This document shows, in pieces, positions 29,994-38,879 of a DNA stretch of 64,000 bases (the first letter of the stretch is position 1; every line of letters starts with the position of its first letter). The stretch covers positions 145,872 through 209,871 of the forward strand of contig CAYQUS010000002.1 in NCBI GenBank assembly GCA_964421015.1, read 5' to 3'. Position numbers and translations under genes: made by a program. The notes beneath the pieces were generated by a model, which made no database searches, was not told the origin of the DNA, and worked only from the letters and a program-made list of their open reading frames with translations. The DNA is from an uncultured Planctomycetia bacterium (lineage in GTDB: Bacteria; Omnitrophota; Gorgyraeia; Tantalellales; Tantalellaceae).

Positions 29994-30827
29994 ATGACAG
30001 GCCTTAAATATAAAAAGTGGACAGTGGAAAGTCCCCGCGGGGCCTTAGTGCTTGTGCACGGTATGGGCGCTGGAACGGAGAGATGGGAAAGCCTTGCCGA
30101 ATACTTTCTTTCGAAAAATATCTCCTCATATGCTCTTTCTCTCCGTGGGTTCGACGGAACCGAAGGCGAGAAGGGGTATGTCGACAGTTTCCAGACGTAC
30201 CATTCCGACATAAAAAAACTTTATGAACTCGCCCGAAGAGAAGTTCCCACAGGTAAGATCTTTCTTCTAGGCGAAAGCATGGGGGCTTTAATAGCCTTTG
30301 ACCATGCCGCGCAAGGCGAGGGGCTTTTTGATGGATATATCCTTATTTCCCCGGCTTTCGGGAGCCGGCTTAAGTTCAATCCGCACGTGTATCTCTTTAT
30401 TCTTCTCTCGATGCTGTTCTTCCCTCGAAAACAGTTCAAAATGCCGTTTAATTCCAGGATGTGCACGAGTGACAGAGGAGAGATAGAGAAAATAGAAAAA
30501 GATCCGGCGGAACACCGGTATGCTACAGGTAGCCTTCTCCGGGAAATACTCAAAAAACAGGTGATGGCAAAAAAACTGGCTAAAAAAATAACTTCGCCGG
30601 TACTTTTTCTTTTATCCGAGGAAGACGAGTTAGCGGACCCCGCGCGGAGTGAGAAGGTTTTTGAAGTTTTAGGACACATTGGTGCCAGGCACCACAGGTG
30701 CCAGGCACCAAACAACAACCTTAAGAAGTATCCTGGGATGAAGCATGCGCTGTCTGTAGAGGCGGGGCGCGAGAGGGTTTTTGAGGATATTTATGAGTGG
30801 GGACAGAAGTTAGAAGGGAGAAAGTAG
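29994..30827 (+). CDS. alpha/beta-hydrolase (lysophospholipase/monoacylglycerol lipase-like)
   Basis: HGMGAGTERW and GESMGALIAF (GxSxG) motifs. The C-terminal region carries an in-frame palindromic repeat insertion encoding HIGARHHRCQAPNN. Confidence 0.75.
   Translation: MTGLKYKKWTVESPRGALVLVHGMGAGTERWESLAEYFLSKNISSYALSLRGFDGTEGEKGYVDSFQTYHSDIKKLYELARREVPTGKIFLLGESMGALIAFDHAAQGEGLFDGYILISPAFGSRLKFNPHVYLFILLSMLFFPRKQFKMPFNSRMCTSDRGEIEKIEKDPAEHRYATGSLLREILKKQVMAKKLAKKITSPVLFLLSEEDELADPARSEKVFEVLGHIGARHHRCQAPNNNLKKYPGMKHALSVEAGRERVFEDIYEWGQKLEGRK
30675..30709. repeat. second pair of GGTGCCAGGCACC 13-bp palindromes, inside the 3' end of the hydrolase CDS
   Basis: CACATTGGTGCCAGGCACC-ACA-GGTGCCAGGCACC, read in-frame as GARHHRCQAP. 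Confidence 0.85.
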
Positions 30828-30925
30828 AAAGGAGAAAGAGGAAAGGAGAAATGGGAAAGAGGAGAAAGGGGAAAGTGATAGGTTAAGGTTGAGGTTCAGG
30901 TTGAGAGAGAGGGGGAGTAGAGGGA
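30811..30925 (+). repeat. purine-rich (GGAGAAAGG)n + (AGGTTG)n intergenic repeat module, copy A
   Basis: AGAAGGGAGAAAGTAGAAAGGAGAAAGAGGAAAGGAGAAATGGGAAAGAGGAGAAAGGGGAAAGTGATAGGTTAAGGTTGAGGTTCAGGTTGAG. Its first ~17 nt lie inside the hydrolase CDS (stop at 30825-27). Confidence 0.8.
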
Positions 30926-30928
30926 ACC

Positions 30929-31049
30929 GTCATTCTGAGCCGTAGGCGAAGAATCTAGATCCTTCGGTCGCGTTGCTCCCTCAGGATGACAAGAGAAAGG
31001 GGACTCTCTCAGGATGACAAGTGAAAGGGGGCTCCCCCAGGATGACAAA
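30929..31049 (+). repeat. GTCATTCTGAGC...CTCAGGATGAC hairpin module followed by three tandem CAGGATGACAA units
   Basis: Inverted repeat GTCATTCTGAG / CTCAGGATGAC (30929-30990). CAGGATGACAA recurs at 30982, 31010 and 31038. Confidence 0.75.
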
Positions 31050-31134
31050 TAGGGTTGTCGCAATAACGCCGAACGCTATAACGCAATAACGAATAAGTAT
31101 CGAGAATCGAATATCGTGATGTCGAGGGAGGAGT

Positions 31135-32613
31135 ATGAAGTATATACTTGCGATAGATCAGGGGACTACGGGGTCTCGGGCAGTGATTTACGACAGAAAG
31201 GGGTTTGAGGTTGCCAGTCATTACAACGAATTTAAGCAGTATTTTCCCCATCCTGGGTGGGTAGAGCATGACGCGGATGAAATATGGGAGAGTGTTAATA
31301 AAAGTATACAGAAAGTCCTGTCAAAGATCCCCTCTGAAAATATAGAAGCGATAGGAATAACCAATCAGCGAGAGACGGTGGTTCTTTGGGATAGGGCTAC
31401 GGGAAAACCGGTGACCAAGGCTATAGTCTGGCAGTGCAGAAGAACAGCCGATAGATGCGAAAAGATAAAGCGAAATAAAAAACTCCGGGAAATAATATTC
31501 CAAAAAACAGGACTTCCCGTAGACGCATATTTTTCGGCGAGCAAAATAGAGTGGCTTTTGAGAAGCCATCCTAATATAAGGAAAAAAGCCGATAGAGGCG
31601 ATATTGTTTTCGGCACGATGGATTCGTGGCTTCTCTGGAAACTTACAGGGGGAAAGGCTCATGCCACGGACCACACGAACGCTTCAAGGACAATGCTTTT
31701 TAATATAAACACTAAAAAGTGGGACAAAGAGCTTCTTCGTGTTTTTAATGTTCCGGAAGCGATGACGCCCGAAGTAAAGAAATCGTCGGGTGTTTTTGGT
31801 TACACTGAAAAAATAGGCTGGCTAAAAGCGGGGATCCCTATCTCCGGGATCGCTGGAGACCAGCAGGCGGCGCTTTTCGGCCAGGCATGTTTTAATAAAG
31901 GAGACATAAAGAACACTTACGGCACGGGATGTTTTATGCTTCTTAATTCCGGAAAGAAAAAACCTAAAGGTAAAAACGGGCTAATAATTACTTTGGGATG
32001 CGGAAAAACCGGGGAACCGGTTTATGTTCTTGAGGGGGCTATTTTCATAGCGGGAGCGGCGATACAATGGCTTAGGGATTATCTTGGCATATTGTCATCC
32101 TCGGCTGAGTCGAGAGAAATGGCCGAAAAAGTTAAAGATAACGGAGGGGTGTATTTTGTGCCGGCTCTTGTGGGGCTTGGAGCCCCGCACTGGAAAAGCG
32201 ACGCAAGAGGTCTTATAACCGGAATAACACGCGGAACAAAAAGAGAGCATATAGTCAGAGCCGCTATAGAGGCGATGTGCTATCAGACAAAAGACGTTCT
32301 TGATGTAATGAAAAAAGAGGCCGGCGTGAATGTAAAGTCTTTAAAAATAGACGGCGGCGCGGCGAAGAATGATTTTTTGTGCGCTTTTCAATCTGATATA
32401 CTCGGGATGGATGTTGTGAGGCCCAGAGTTACGGAAACAACTTCTTTAGGAGCGGCGTATTTGGCGGGGCTCGGGACAGGGTACTGGAAAAATACCGGGG
32501 AGATAAGAAAGTGTTGGAAAGCCGATAAGGTGTTCCAGCCGGCCATGAAGCCGGCGAAACGCGAAGCGCTTATCGATGGATGGGAAAAGGCGGTGGCGAG
32601 GGCCGTGTTGTAG
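31135..32613 (+). CDS. glpK: glycerol kinase
   Basis: ILAIDQGTTGSRAVIYD...; FGGY-family motifs throughout. Confidence 0.9.
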   Translation: MKYILAIDQGTTGSRAVIYDRKGFEVASHYNEFKQYFPHPGWVEHDADEIWESVNKSIQKVLSKIPSENIEAIGITNQRETVVLWDRATGKPVTKAIVWQCRRTADRCEKIKRNKKLREIIFQKTGLPVDAYFSASKIEWLLRSHPNIRKKADRGDIVFGTMDSWLLWKLTGGKAHATDHTNASRTMLFNINTKKWDKELLRVFNVPEAMTPEVKKSSGVFGYTEKIGWLKAGIPISGIAGDQQAALFGQACFNKGDIKNTYGTGCFMLLNSGKKKPKGKNGLIITLGCGKTGEPVYVLEGAIFIAGAAIQWLRDYLGILSSSAESREMAEKVKDNGGVYFVPALVGLGAPHWKSDARGLITGITRGTKREHIVRAAIEAMCYQTKDVLDVMKKEAGVNVKSLKIDGGAAKNDFLCAFQSDILGMDVVRPRVTETTSLGAAYLAGLGTGYWKNTGEIRKCWKADKVFQPAMKPAKREALIDGWEKAVARAVL

Positions 32614-32689
32614 AGAGAAGTAGAAAGAGGGAAGGAGAAAGTGGAAAAGGATAGGTTTAGGCCCAGGTTCAGGTTGAGCCGAAGGGGTG
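32614..32689 (+). repeat. purine-rich + AGGTTSAG repeat module, copy B (after glpK)
   Basis: AGAGAAGTAGAAAGAGGGAAGGAGAAAGTGGAAAAGGATAGGTTTAGGCCCAGGTTCAGGTTGAGCC. Confidence 0.75.
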
Positions 32690-32710
32690 GCAACTAGGGC
32701 GTAGGTAAGG

Positions 32711-32851
32711 CAGCAGATTTCCGATATTTCCGGAAGGGCGTTGGTCGACCGAGCGGGCACGGATTCCGAGGGAGAGCGAGGGAGAGCATCGAGCGAGATT
32801 TCCACGCCGGGGAAATCGAGCGTCCCTGAAGGGAATGTCGGAAATCTGCTG
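32711..32851 (-). repeat. solo MITE-like copy of the 55-kb repeat unit, bounded by 18-bp terminal inverted repeats
   Basis: CAGCAGATTTCCGATATT ... AATGTCGGAAATCTGCTG. The interior aligns in reverse orientation to 55090-55235 (GAGCGGGCACGGAT..GGAGAGCGAGGGAGA..CGAGCGAGATTT..GAAAATCGAGCGTCCCTGAAGGGAAT). Confidence 0.8.
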
Positions 32852-32876
32852 ACAGACGCACATTATCGCTAAACTA

Positions 32877-34322
32877 ATGATGAGACAGGAAAACATGAAA
32901 TATGACGTTGTGATAATAGGCGCGGGGGTTACGGGATGCGCGATAGCTCGGGAGCTTTCCAAATACGAGCTCTCTATAGCTGTTCTTGAAAAAGAAGAAG
33001 AGCCGGCTTTCGGAGTTTCGAAATCCAATAGCGGGATAATACATCCCGGCACGCAGAATTCTCCGGATTCCCTGAAAGGGAAGCTTTGCGTAAGAGGTAA
33101 TATTTTGACGCGCAAGATGTCTCGCGACCTGGGAGTTGAGGTAAAAGAAGTAGGGGAGCTGATTGTCGCTTTTGGGGAAGATGAGATGAAAGAGCTTAAG
33201 AGAATAAAGACTGATGCCGAAAAGCTTCGTGTTCCGGGGCTCAGGATAGTCGGGAAAGCCTGGCTTAAAAAAAGAGAACCGAACCTTAGCGCGGAGATAG
33301 TCGCGGCGCTCTATTCCCCGACAGCATGCATAATAAGCCCTTACCGGTGGGCATACGCCTTGGCTGAAAACGCTGTTCGTAACGGCGCAGAAATGCGCTT
33401 AAACACTGAAGTCACGGGAATAAAGAAAGAAAGAGCCGGCGGAGTTTTCGTGATATCCTCAGGTTCCGGCATTTTTGAGGCCAGATACGTCATTAACGCA
33501 GCCGGGCTTTTTGCCGACAAAGTTTCCGCTATGGCCGGAGTGGATAGTTTTAAGATAACGCCCAGAAAAGGCGAAGAATTCCTTCTTGATAAAAAAAGAG
33601 AATATATCACGAGACATCTTATTTTCCCTCTCCCGTCAGAAAAGTCAAAGGGGGTTCTTGTAATAAAAACTTCCGACGGAAATCCCATGATAGGGCCTAC
33701 CGCCGAAGATACAGATGACAAGAACGATCTAACTACGACAAGCGAAGGTCTTGAAAAGGTGGTCGCCTCCGTGCAGAAAATGGTGCCGGCAATAGACCCT
33801 GCCGACATAATAGCTTATTTCGCGGGACTCAGGCCTGTTGCCGGAAAGGATTTTATAATTAGGCATGAGGAAAAACTTCCGGGGTTTGTAAATGTAGCGG
33901 GGATACAGTCGCCGGGGCTTACGGCATCTCCGGCAATAGCTGAAATGGTGCGGGATATCCTTAAAGCGAACGGACTTCTTTTAAAGAAAAAGAAAAACTT
34001 TCATTCGAAACGAAAAAGAACTAAACATCTATTTGATATGGCCATAAAGAACATAAAGAAAGCTGTAAAAGAAGACCCGGATTACGGGGACATAGTCTGC
34101 CGGTGCGAGACTGTATCTAAAAAGGAGATAGTGGATGCTATTGCCAGGGGAGCCAGGACGCTTGACGGCATAAAGTTCCGAACTCGCGCTCAGGCAGGCA
34201 GATGCCACGGAAGTTTTTGTACGGCCCGGATACTACGCATTCTGGCGGAGGAGCGCAATGTGCCGTTTAAGGAAATAACTAAGCGGGGGAAAGGGTCGGA
34301 GGTTGTGAAGGGGGAGAAATAG
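32877..34322 (+). CDS. glpA: FAD-dependent glycerol-3-phosphate dehydrogenase/oxidase-like subunit with C-terminal BFD-like [2Fe-2S] domain
   Basis: VVIIGAGVTGCAIAREL dinucleotide fold. C-terminal CRCE..C..C BFD-like motif. Start could alternatively be the ATG at 32895. Confidence 0.75.
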   Translation: MMRQENMKYDVVIIGAGVTGCAIARELSKYELSIAVLEKEEEPAFGVSKSNSGIIHPGTQNSPDSLKGKLCVRGNILTRKMSRDLGVEVKEVGELIVAFGEDEMKELKRIKTDAEKLRVPGLRIVGKAWLKKREPNLSAEIVAALYSPTACIISPYRWAYALAENAVRNGAEMRLNTEVTGIKKERAGGVFVISSGSGIFEARYVINAAGLFADKVSAMAGVDSFKITPRKGEEFLLDKKREYITRHLIFPLPSEKSKGVLVIKTSDGNPMIGPTAEDTDDKNDLTTTSEGLEKVVASVQKMVPAIDPADIIAYFAGLRPVAGKDFIIRHEEKLPGFVNVAGIQSPGLTASPAIAEMVRDILKANGLLLKKKKNFHSKRKRTKHLFDMAIKNIKKAVKEDPDYGDIVCRCETVSKKEIVDAIARGARTLDGIKFRTRAQAGRCHGSFCTARILRILAEERNVPFKEITKRGKGSEVVKGEK

Positions 34323-34510
34323 AAAGAAAAGAGAAGATAGAAGATAGAAAGGAGAAAGAGGAAAGGAGAAAGGGGAAAGAGGAGAAAGGAAAAGGAGAAG
34401 TGAGAAAGCGATAGGTTAAGGTTGAGGTTTAGGTTGAGGTGTTGGGACGTCATTCTGAGCCAAAGGCGAAGAATCTAGATCCTTCGTTCGCTTTGCTCAC
34501 TCAGGATGAC
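34323..34510 (+). repeat. purine-rich + (AGGTTG)n module plus GTCATTCTGAG hairpin module, copy C (after glpA-like)
   Basis: ..GGAGAAAGAGGAAAGGAGAAAGGGGAAAGAGGAGAAAGG..GATAGGTTAAGGTTGAGGTTTAGGTTGAGG.. then CGTCATTCTGAGCCAAAGGCGAAGAATCTAGATCCTTCG..CTCACTCAGGATGACAG. Confidence 0.8.
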
Positions 34511-34588
34511 AGAGAGGGGTTCAACCGGGATTATAGTGCGTTGTTTTTTGGTGCCAGGCGCCGAAGAGAGCAGATATCTTGGAGAAAA

Positions 34589-35560
34589 ATGGAAAAGCGT
34601 GATCTTGTCATAGTTGGAGGCGGACCGGCGGGGATGGCCGCGGCGCTAGCGGCCCAGGAAGCCGGAGTAAGGGATATCCTTCTTCTTGAAAGGGACAGGT
34701 TCCTTGGAGGCATACTGAACCAGTGCGTTCATACCGGGTTCGGGGTGGAATATTTCAAGGAGATACTGACCGGACCTCAATATGCCGAGAGGTTTGAGAA
34801 TATGGCGCGAGGCGCGAAAGGCATCGAAATAGCTTTAAGGTCTTTTGTGATAAAGCTGACCAAAGACAAAAAAATAACCGCGATCTCGCCCGGTAACGTG
34901 AGGGAGATCAGAGCCGGAGCGGTGATAATGGCCACTGGATGCCGAGAAAGAACAAGAGAGATGATACATGTTCCGGGTACGCGTCCGGCGGGCGTGTTTT
35001 CAGCGGGGCTCGCGCAGAAACTGATAAATATCGAAGGACTTCTCCCCGGGAGAGAAGTCGTGATAATAGGGTCCGGGGATATCGGGCTTATTATGGCGAG
35101 GCGATTCACTCTTGAAGGCTCAAGGGTGAAGGCCATAATAGAGATAAATTCTAAAGTCACCGGTCTTACGCGTAATGTTGCCCAGTGCGCCGAAGATTTT
35201 GATATCCCTATTTTTCTTGAACATAAAGTTACGGAAATAATAGGGAAAAACCGTGTTGAGGCTGTACGGGCCGCGAAAGTCGATGCTTCGGGTAAAAGCC
35301 TGCCGGGAACAGAAATGGAATGGGCCTGCGACACGGCGCTTTTTTCCGTGGGGCTTATCCCGGAGAACGAACTTATAGAGATGGCCGGTGTAAAGATAGA
35401 TAAAAAAACAAATACGCCCGTGTCCAGCGAGATCAACAGGACCTCTATCCCCGGCATATTCGTATGCGGCAATTCTTACAAGATATATGACATCGTGGAT
35501 GACGTAACTAAAGACGCCGAGATAGCGGGACGCCAGGCGGCGGAATATTTACGGAGATAG
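34589..35560 (+). CDS. NAD(P)/FAD-dependent pyridine nucleotide-disulfide oxidoreductase (glpB-like partner)
   Basis: LVIVGGGPAGMAAAL and a second Rossmann motif VVIIGSGDIG. GGAG RBS before the ATG at 34589. The ORF-track start lies upstream in the repeat region. Confidence 0.7.
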   Translation: MEKRDLVIVGGGPAGMAAALAAQEAGVRDILLLERDRFLGGILNQCVHTGFGVEYFKEILTGPQYAERFENMARGAKGIEIALRSFVIKLTKDKKITAISPGNVREIRAGAVIMATGCRERTREMIHVPGTRPAGVFSAGLAQKLINIEGLLPGREVVIIGSGDIGLIMARRFTLEGSRVKAIIEINSKVTGLTRNVAQCAEDFDIPIFLEHKVTEIIGKNRVEAVRAAKVDASGKSLPGTEMEWACDTALFSVGLIPENELIEMAGVKIDKKTNTPVSSEINRTSIPGIFVCGNSYKIYDIVDDVTKDAEIAGRQAAEYLRR

Positions 35561-35565
35561 TAATT

Positions 35566-35720
35566 TTATCAGCCGCGAGAAAGGCGTGTGTTGCGCGCTT
35601 CGCTATCAGCCTATTGAATTTTATCATTCAGGCGGGGCATATCGGGGAAGTGTAAATTATTTTTATCCTTTGGCGGCTGATAGCTCCAGTGCTCACACAC
35701 GCCTTTCTTCGGCTGATAAA
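35566..35720 (+). repeat. structured element with nested inverted repeats between the glpB-like gene and the DUF1667 gene
   Basis: ATCAGCCGCGAGAAAGGCGTGTG ... CACACACGCCTTTCTTCGGCTGAT outer arms. GCTATCAGCC ... GGCTGATAGC inner arms. Confidence 0.7.
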
Positions 35721-35744
35721 AATGAGATGTCTAACGGAGAAAAA

Positions 35745-36122
35745 ATGAAAAAGACCGTAACATGTATAGAATGCCCGGTAGGGTGCCGTTTGGAAGCTGA
35801 AATTGACGCCTCCGGGACAATAAAAGTCCTGGGTAATAAGTGCGCCAAGGGCTATGCTTACGCTGTTAAAGAGCTGACAAGCCCGGAAAGGTTCCTGACA
35901 TCTACTGTGAAGGCCGAAGGTCTTGAGGTGAAAAGGGTTCCGGTCCGGACAGACAGCCCCGTTCCCAAGGGTCGGATAAAAGATGTTATGGATGTTTTAG
36001 AGAAGACGGTCATAGTCAGTTCAATAGAAGAAGGGGATATAGTCGCGGAGAACGTTCTTGGCCTTGGGGCCAATATTATCGCAACAAGAAGTTATAAAAA
36101 ACCTGCGCCGGGGAGCCGGTGA
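35745..36122 (+). CDS. DUF1667-domain protein (third subunit of the glycerol-3-P dehydrogenase-like cluster)
   Basis: CIECPVGCRLE Cys cluster and DUF1667-like sequence. GGAG RBS before the ATG at 35745. Confidence 0.65.
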   Translation: MKKTVTCIECPVGCRLEAEIDASGTIKVLGNKCAKGYAYAVKELTSPERFLTSTVKAEGLEVKRVPVRTDSPVPKGRIKDVMDVLEKTVIVSSIEEGDIVAENVLGLGANIIATRSYKKPAPGSR

Positions 36123-36150
36123 CAGGTGATAGGGGCATCGAAGTTCTGGC

Positions 36151-36180
36151 TTGCAAGTGGCCGCGCGGGGAATGTATAAT
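36151..36180 (+). promoter_or_regulatory. sigma70-like promoter TTGCAA-18-TATAAT
   Basis: -35 at 36151-56, -10 at 36175-80, upstream of the lipoprotein gene. Confidence 0.45.
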
Positions 36181-36234
36181 GACAATCATGCCGTGGGGGA
36201 CGGTTTTATTAATAAGGTTACCTAAGGAGGAGAG

Positions 36235-36600
36235 ATGAAAAAGGTTATGGGAATAGCGGCGGCATTCGCCGCGGCAAGCGTTTTGATAGCCGGATGCGGA
36301 AGCACGGCCAGCGAGACTAAACCTGTCGCGCAGGTCCAGAGCGAGGCTAAGACCATGTCGGCGGCCCAGCTTGAGAAGATGGTGAACACCTACAAAGCCG
36401 CGATAGAGGCTAAACAGGTCCAGGTAAAGGCTCTTCAGGAGAAAATAAAGACAATACCCGTAACCCAGCTTTTGGGAGACGAAGCCAGGGCCATAAAGGA
36501 TGATGTGACCAAACTGGCCGGTTCGGTGCAGGCTCTTACCGAGAGAATGAACGTTTATCTCAAGGAGCTTCAGGCCAAACAGGTTACAGTAAAACAATAA
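36235..36600 (+). CDS. hypothetical coiled-coil lipoprotein
   Basis: Lipobox ..LIAGCGS then Ala/Gln/Lys-rich helical sequence. AGGAGG RBS. Confidence 0.55.
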   Translation: MKKVMGIAAAFAAASVLIAGCGSTASETKPVAQVQSEAKTMSAAQLEKMVNTYKAAIEAKQVQVKALQEKIKTIPVTQLLGDEARAIKDDVTKLAGSVQALTERMNVYLKELQAKQVTVKQ

Positions 36601-36672
36601 GCCTAACAGGTCTTAAGGATCGAAGTGCCCCGGGTCAGAAGCCCGGGGCACTTCTCGAGTAAGGGGATGATA

Positions 36673-37164
36673 ATGAAAGAAAAATACACCGCAAAAGATA
36701 TCATAGAAATGGCCGCCAAAGCCAAGGAAAGAGGAGCGGAGCTTTACCTTGCGCTAGCCCGTAACAGCGAGAATTTTCACGTGGGGCAGTTTTTTACGGA
36801 ACTGGCCAAGGACGAGCACCGGCATAAAATGGAGATAGAGAAATTCCTGTCCCGCCTCAGCCCGGCGGAAAGGGAAGAGGCGTATCCCGGTGAGCGATCC
36901 ATGTATCTTAAAGCTCTTGTGGACGAGAACACTTTCAAATGCGGGGCTGTATGCAAGAAGGCCCTTGAGAAGACCATAAGCGAGGAAGAGGCGCTTGCGG
37001 CCGGGATAACTTTCGAGAAGGATTTCATGCTGTTCCTGCACGATCTTAAGAGGAACGTTTCGTCTGACGCGCAGGAGCTGGTGGAGAAGCTTATCGAGGA
37101 AGAGATAGCGCATATACAGAGAATGTTCCACTTAAGCGAAAAGGCTAAAAAGGGCAGGGGCTGA
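36673..37164 (+). CDS. ferritin-like / rubrerythrin-like domain protein
   Basis: Paired E..H motifs (EHRHKME, EEEIAHIQ) typical of ferritin-like diiron four-helix bundles. Confidence 0.5.
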   Translation: MKEKYTAKDIIEMAAKAKERGAELYLALARNSENFHVGQFFTELAKDEHRHKMEIEKFLSRLSPAEREEAYPGERSMYLKALVDENTFKCGAVCKKALEKTISEEEALAAGITFEKDFMLFLHDLKRNVSSDAQELVEKLIEEEIAHIQRMFHLSEKAKKGRG

Positions 37165-37827
37165 TCAAAATGCGGCCTCGACCGTCTTTATAACGGAATT
37201 GACGACAAAGACTTTTTCGGCCGACATGACATCGTCGAGGTAAAGCACGCGCTCTTTGAGGGGTATTTCCTTAGACGAGAGAAGATATTCGCGGTAAGTT
37301 CCCGGAAGAACTCCGGAAGAGAGAGGCGGCGTAAAGAATGCGCCTCCTTTTTCTATTATTATGTTTGTTATCGCGCCTTCAGTGACCTCGCCTTCTGTGT
37401 TCATAAAAAGTGTTTCGAAAAACCCCTCTTTACGGCACAGGGAAAGTTCGCTGTCGTAAAGGTCACGTCGAGTGGTTTTGTGAGACAGAAACACGTCTGA
37501 ACTTTGCGTCCTTTTTTCGGAAAATCTCACACGAACGGGCTGGATCGGATCGCAAGTGATCTCGGAAGAAGTTATGGATACCGAACCTGAGGCGCCAAGA
37601 AGAAGCCTGACCCTGTATTTTTTCTCAGGGCAAAAACCTTCCGCCGCGATATTCAGGTCCTTTATAACGGAAGCGGGGTCGGCAGTGAAAGAAAAATACT
37701 CGGCGCTTTTTTCAAGCCGGGCCATATGACGCCCTATAAGAAAAAATCCTCCGTTTTCCCATAGAAGGGTTTCTATAAGTGAAAGATCTTTCCCGGAGAG
37801 ACTTCCCGGGGTCTTTTTTTTCGTCAT
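37165..37827 (-). CDS. class IV aminotransferase-fold protein (aminodeoxychorismate lyase-like)
   Basis: EGEVTEGAITNIII..GGAFFTP...GVLPGTYRE motifs of fold-type IV PLP enzymes. Confidence 0.6.
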   Translation of the reverse strand: MTKKKTPGSLSGKDLSLIETLLWENGGFFLIGRHMARLEKSAEYFSFTADPASVIKDLNIAAEGFCPEKKYRVRLLLGASGSVSITSSEITCDPIQPVRVRFSEKRTQSSDVFLSHKTTRRDLYDSELSLCRKEGFFETLFMNTEGEVTEGAITNIIIEKGGAFFTPPLSSGVLPGTYREYLLSSKEIPLKERVLYLDDVMSAEKVFVVNSVIKTVEAAF

Positions 37828-38861
37828 TGTTTTCCGAGTATTTCCGCTATGTCCTGTATGAGCTTTTCCGTGGCGGCCCAGCCCAGACAGGGGTCGGTTA
37901 TGGATTTACCGAAAACGCCGTCGCCGATCTTCTGGCACCCTTCCTCGATATAGCTTTCGACCATGAGTCCCTTTATCATTTTCCCGAGAAGAGGAGACCT
38001 TCTCCGGCTGTGCAGTATCTCCATGGCTATGCGGGGCTGTTCGGAGAACTTTTTGTTGGAGTTGGCGTGGTTCGTGTCCACTATTATCGCCGGGTTCTTA
38101 AGGCCCGTTTCCTCGTACATTTCCGACAGGGTCACGAGTTCCTCGTAATGGTAGTTGGGTATGCTCCTGCCGTAATGGTCGGTGGCTCCGCGAATAACGG
38201 CGTGACAGAGCGGATTGCCTGATGTTTTGACGGCCCAGCGGTTGTAAGAGAAGACATGGGGAAGCTGAGCGGCCTGTATTGAATTGAACATGACCGTAAG
38301 GTTGCCGCTCGTGGGGTTTTTCATCCCGGCAGGGATGTCCAGGCCGCTTATCGTAAGCCGGTGCTGCTGGTTCTCCACGCTTCTTGCTCCTATCGCCACG
38401 TAACTCAAAAGGTCGGCAAGATAAGGATAGTTTTCCGGATAAAGCATTTCATCCGCGGCCGGAAGCCCCGTTTCCCGGAGGGACCTTATGTGTAGACGCC
38501 TTATAGCCTCAAGGCCCTTTACCATATCGGGTTCTTCCGCGGGATTAGGCTGATGGGCCATGCCCTTGTACCCGGATCCTGTTGTGCGGGGCTTATTCGT
38601 ATATATTCTCGGGATTATGAGAACTTTATCTTTTACCTTGTCCTGCAGTTTTCTGAGGCGCAGATTATAGTCGCATACCGAGTCCTCGTTGTCCGCGGAA
38701 CACGGCCCTACTATAAGAACGAACTTTTCGGTATTGCCTTCAAAAACGTCCCGTATCTGCCTGTCCCTGGCGGCTTTAAGTTTCTTTAGGTCTTCGCTTA
38801 CGGGAATATCCTTAAGGATGGTCTCGGGAGCGGGTATTTCCTGTATGTATTTGAAACTCAT
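37824..38861 (-). CDS. aroG: 3-deoxy-7-phosphoheptulonate (DAHP) synthase, class I-alpha
   Basis: LIVGPCS, KPRTTGSGYKGM, GARSVENQQHR and HANSNK motifs match the AroG/F/H family. Confidence 0.85.
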   Translation of the reverse strand: MSFKYIQEIPAPETILKDIPVSEDLKKLKAARDRQIRDVFEGNTEKFVLIVGPCSADNEDSVCDYNLRLRKLQDKVKDKVLIIPRIYTNKPRTTGSGYKGMAHQPNPAEEPDMVKGLEAIRRLHIRSLRETGLPAADEMLYPENYPYLADLLSYVAIGARSVENQQHRLTISGLDIPAGMKNPTSGNLTVMFNSIQAAQLPHVFSYNRWAVKTSGNPLCHAVIRGATDHYGRSIPNYHYEELVTLSEMYEETGLKNPAIIVDTNHANSNKKFSEQPRIAMEILHSRRRSPLLGKMIKGLMVESYIEEGCQKIGDGVFGKSITDPCLGWAATEKLIQDIAEILGKQ

Positions 38862-38879
38862 CTTTTCCTCCGATAAGTT

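Noticed and set aside
34190-34453. Short minus-strand ORFs translating as ...LNLNLNLNLSL... (also 50046-50363)
   Set aside because: They are produced by reading the (AGGTTG)n and purine-rich repeat modules in reverse. They are repeat-derived, not genes.
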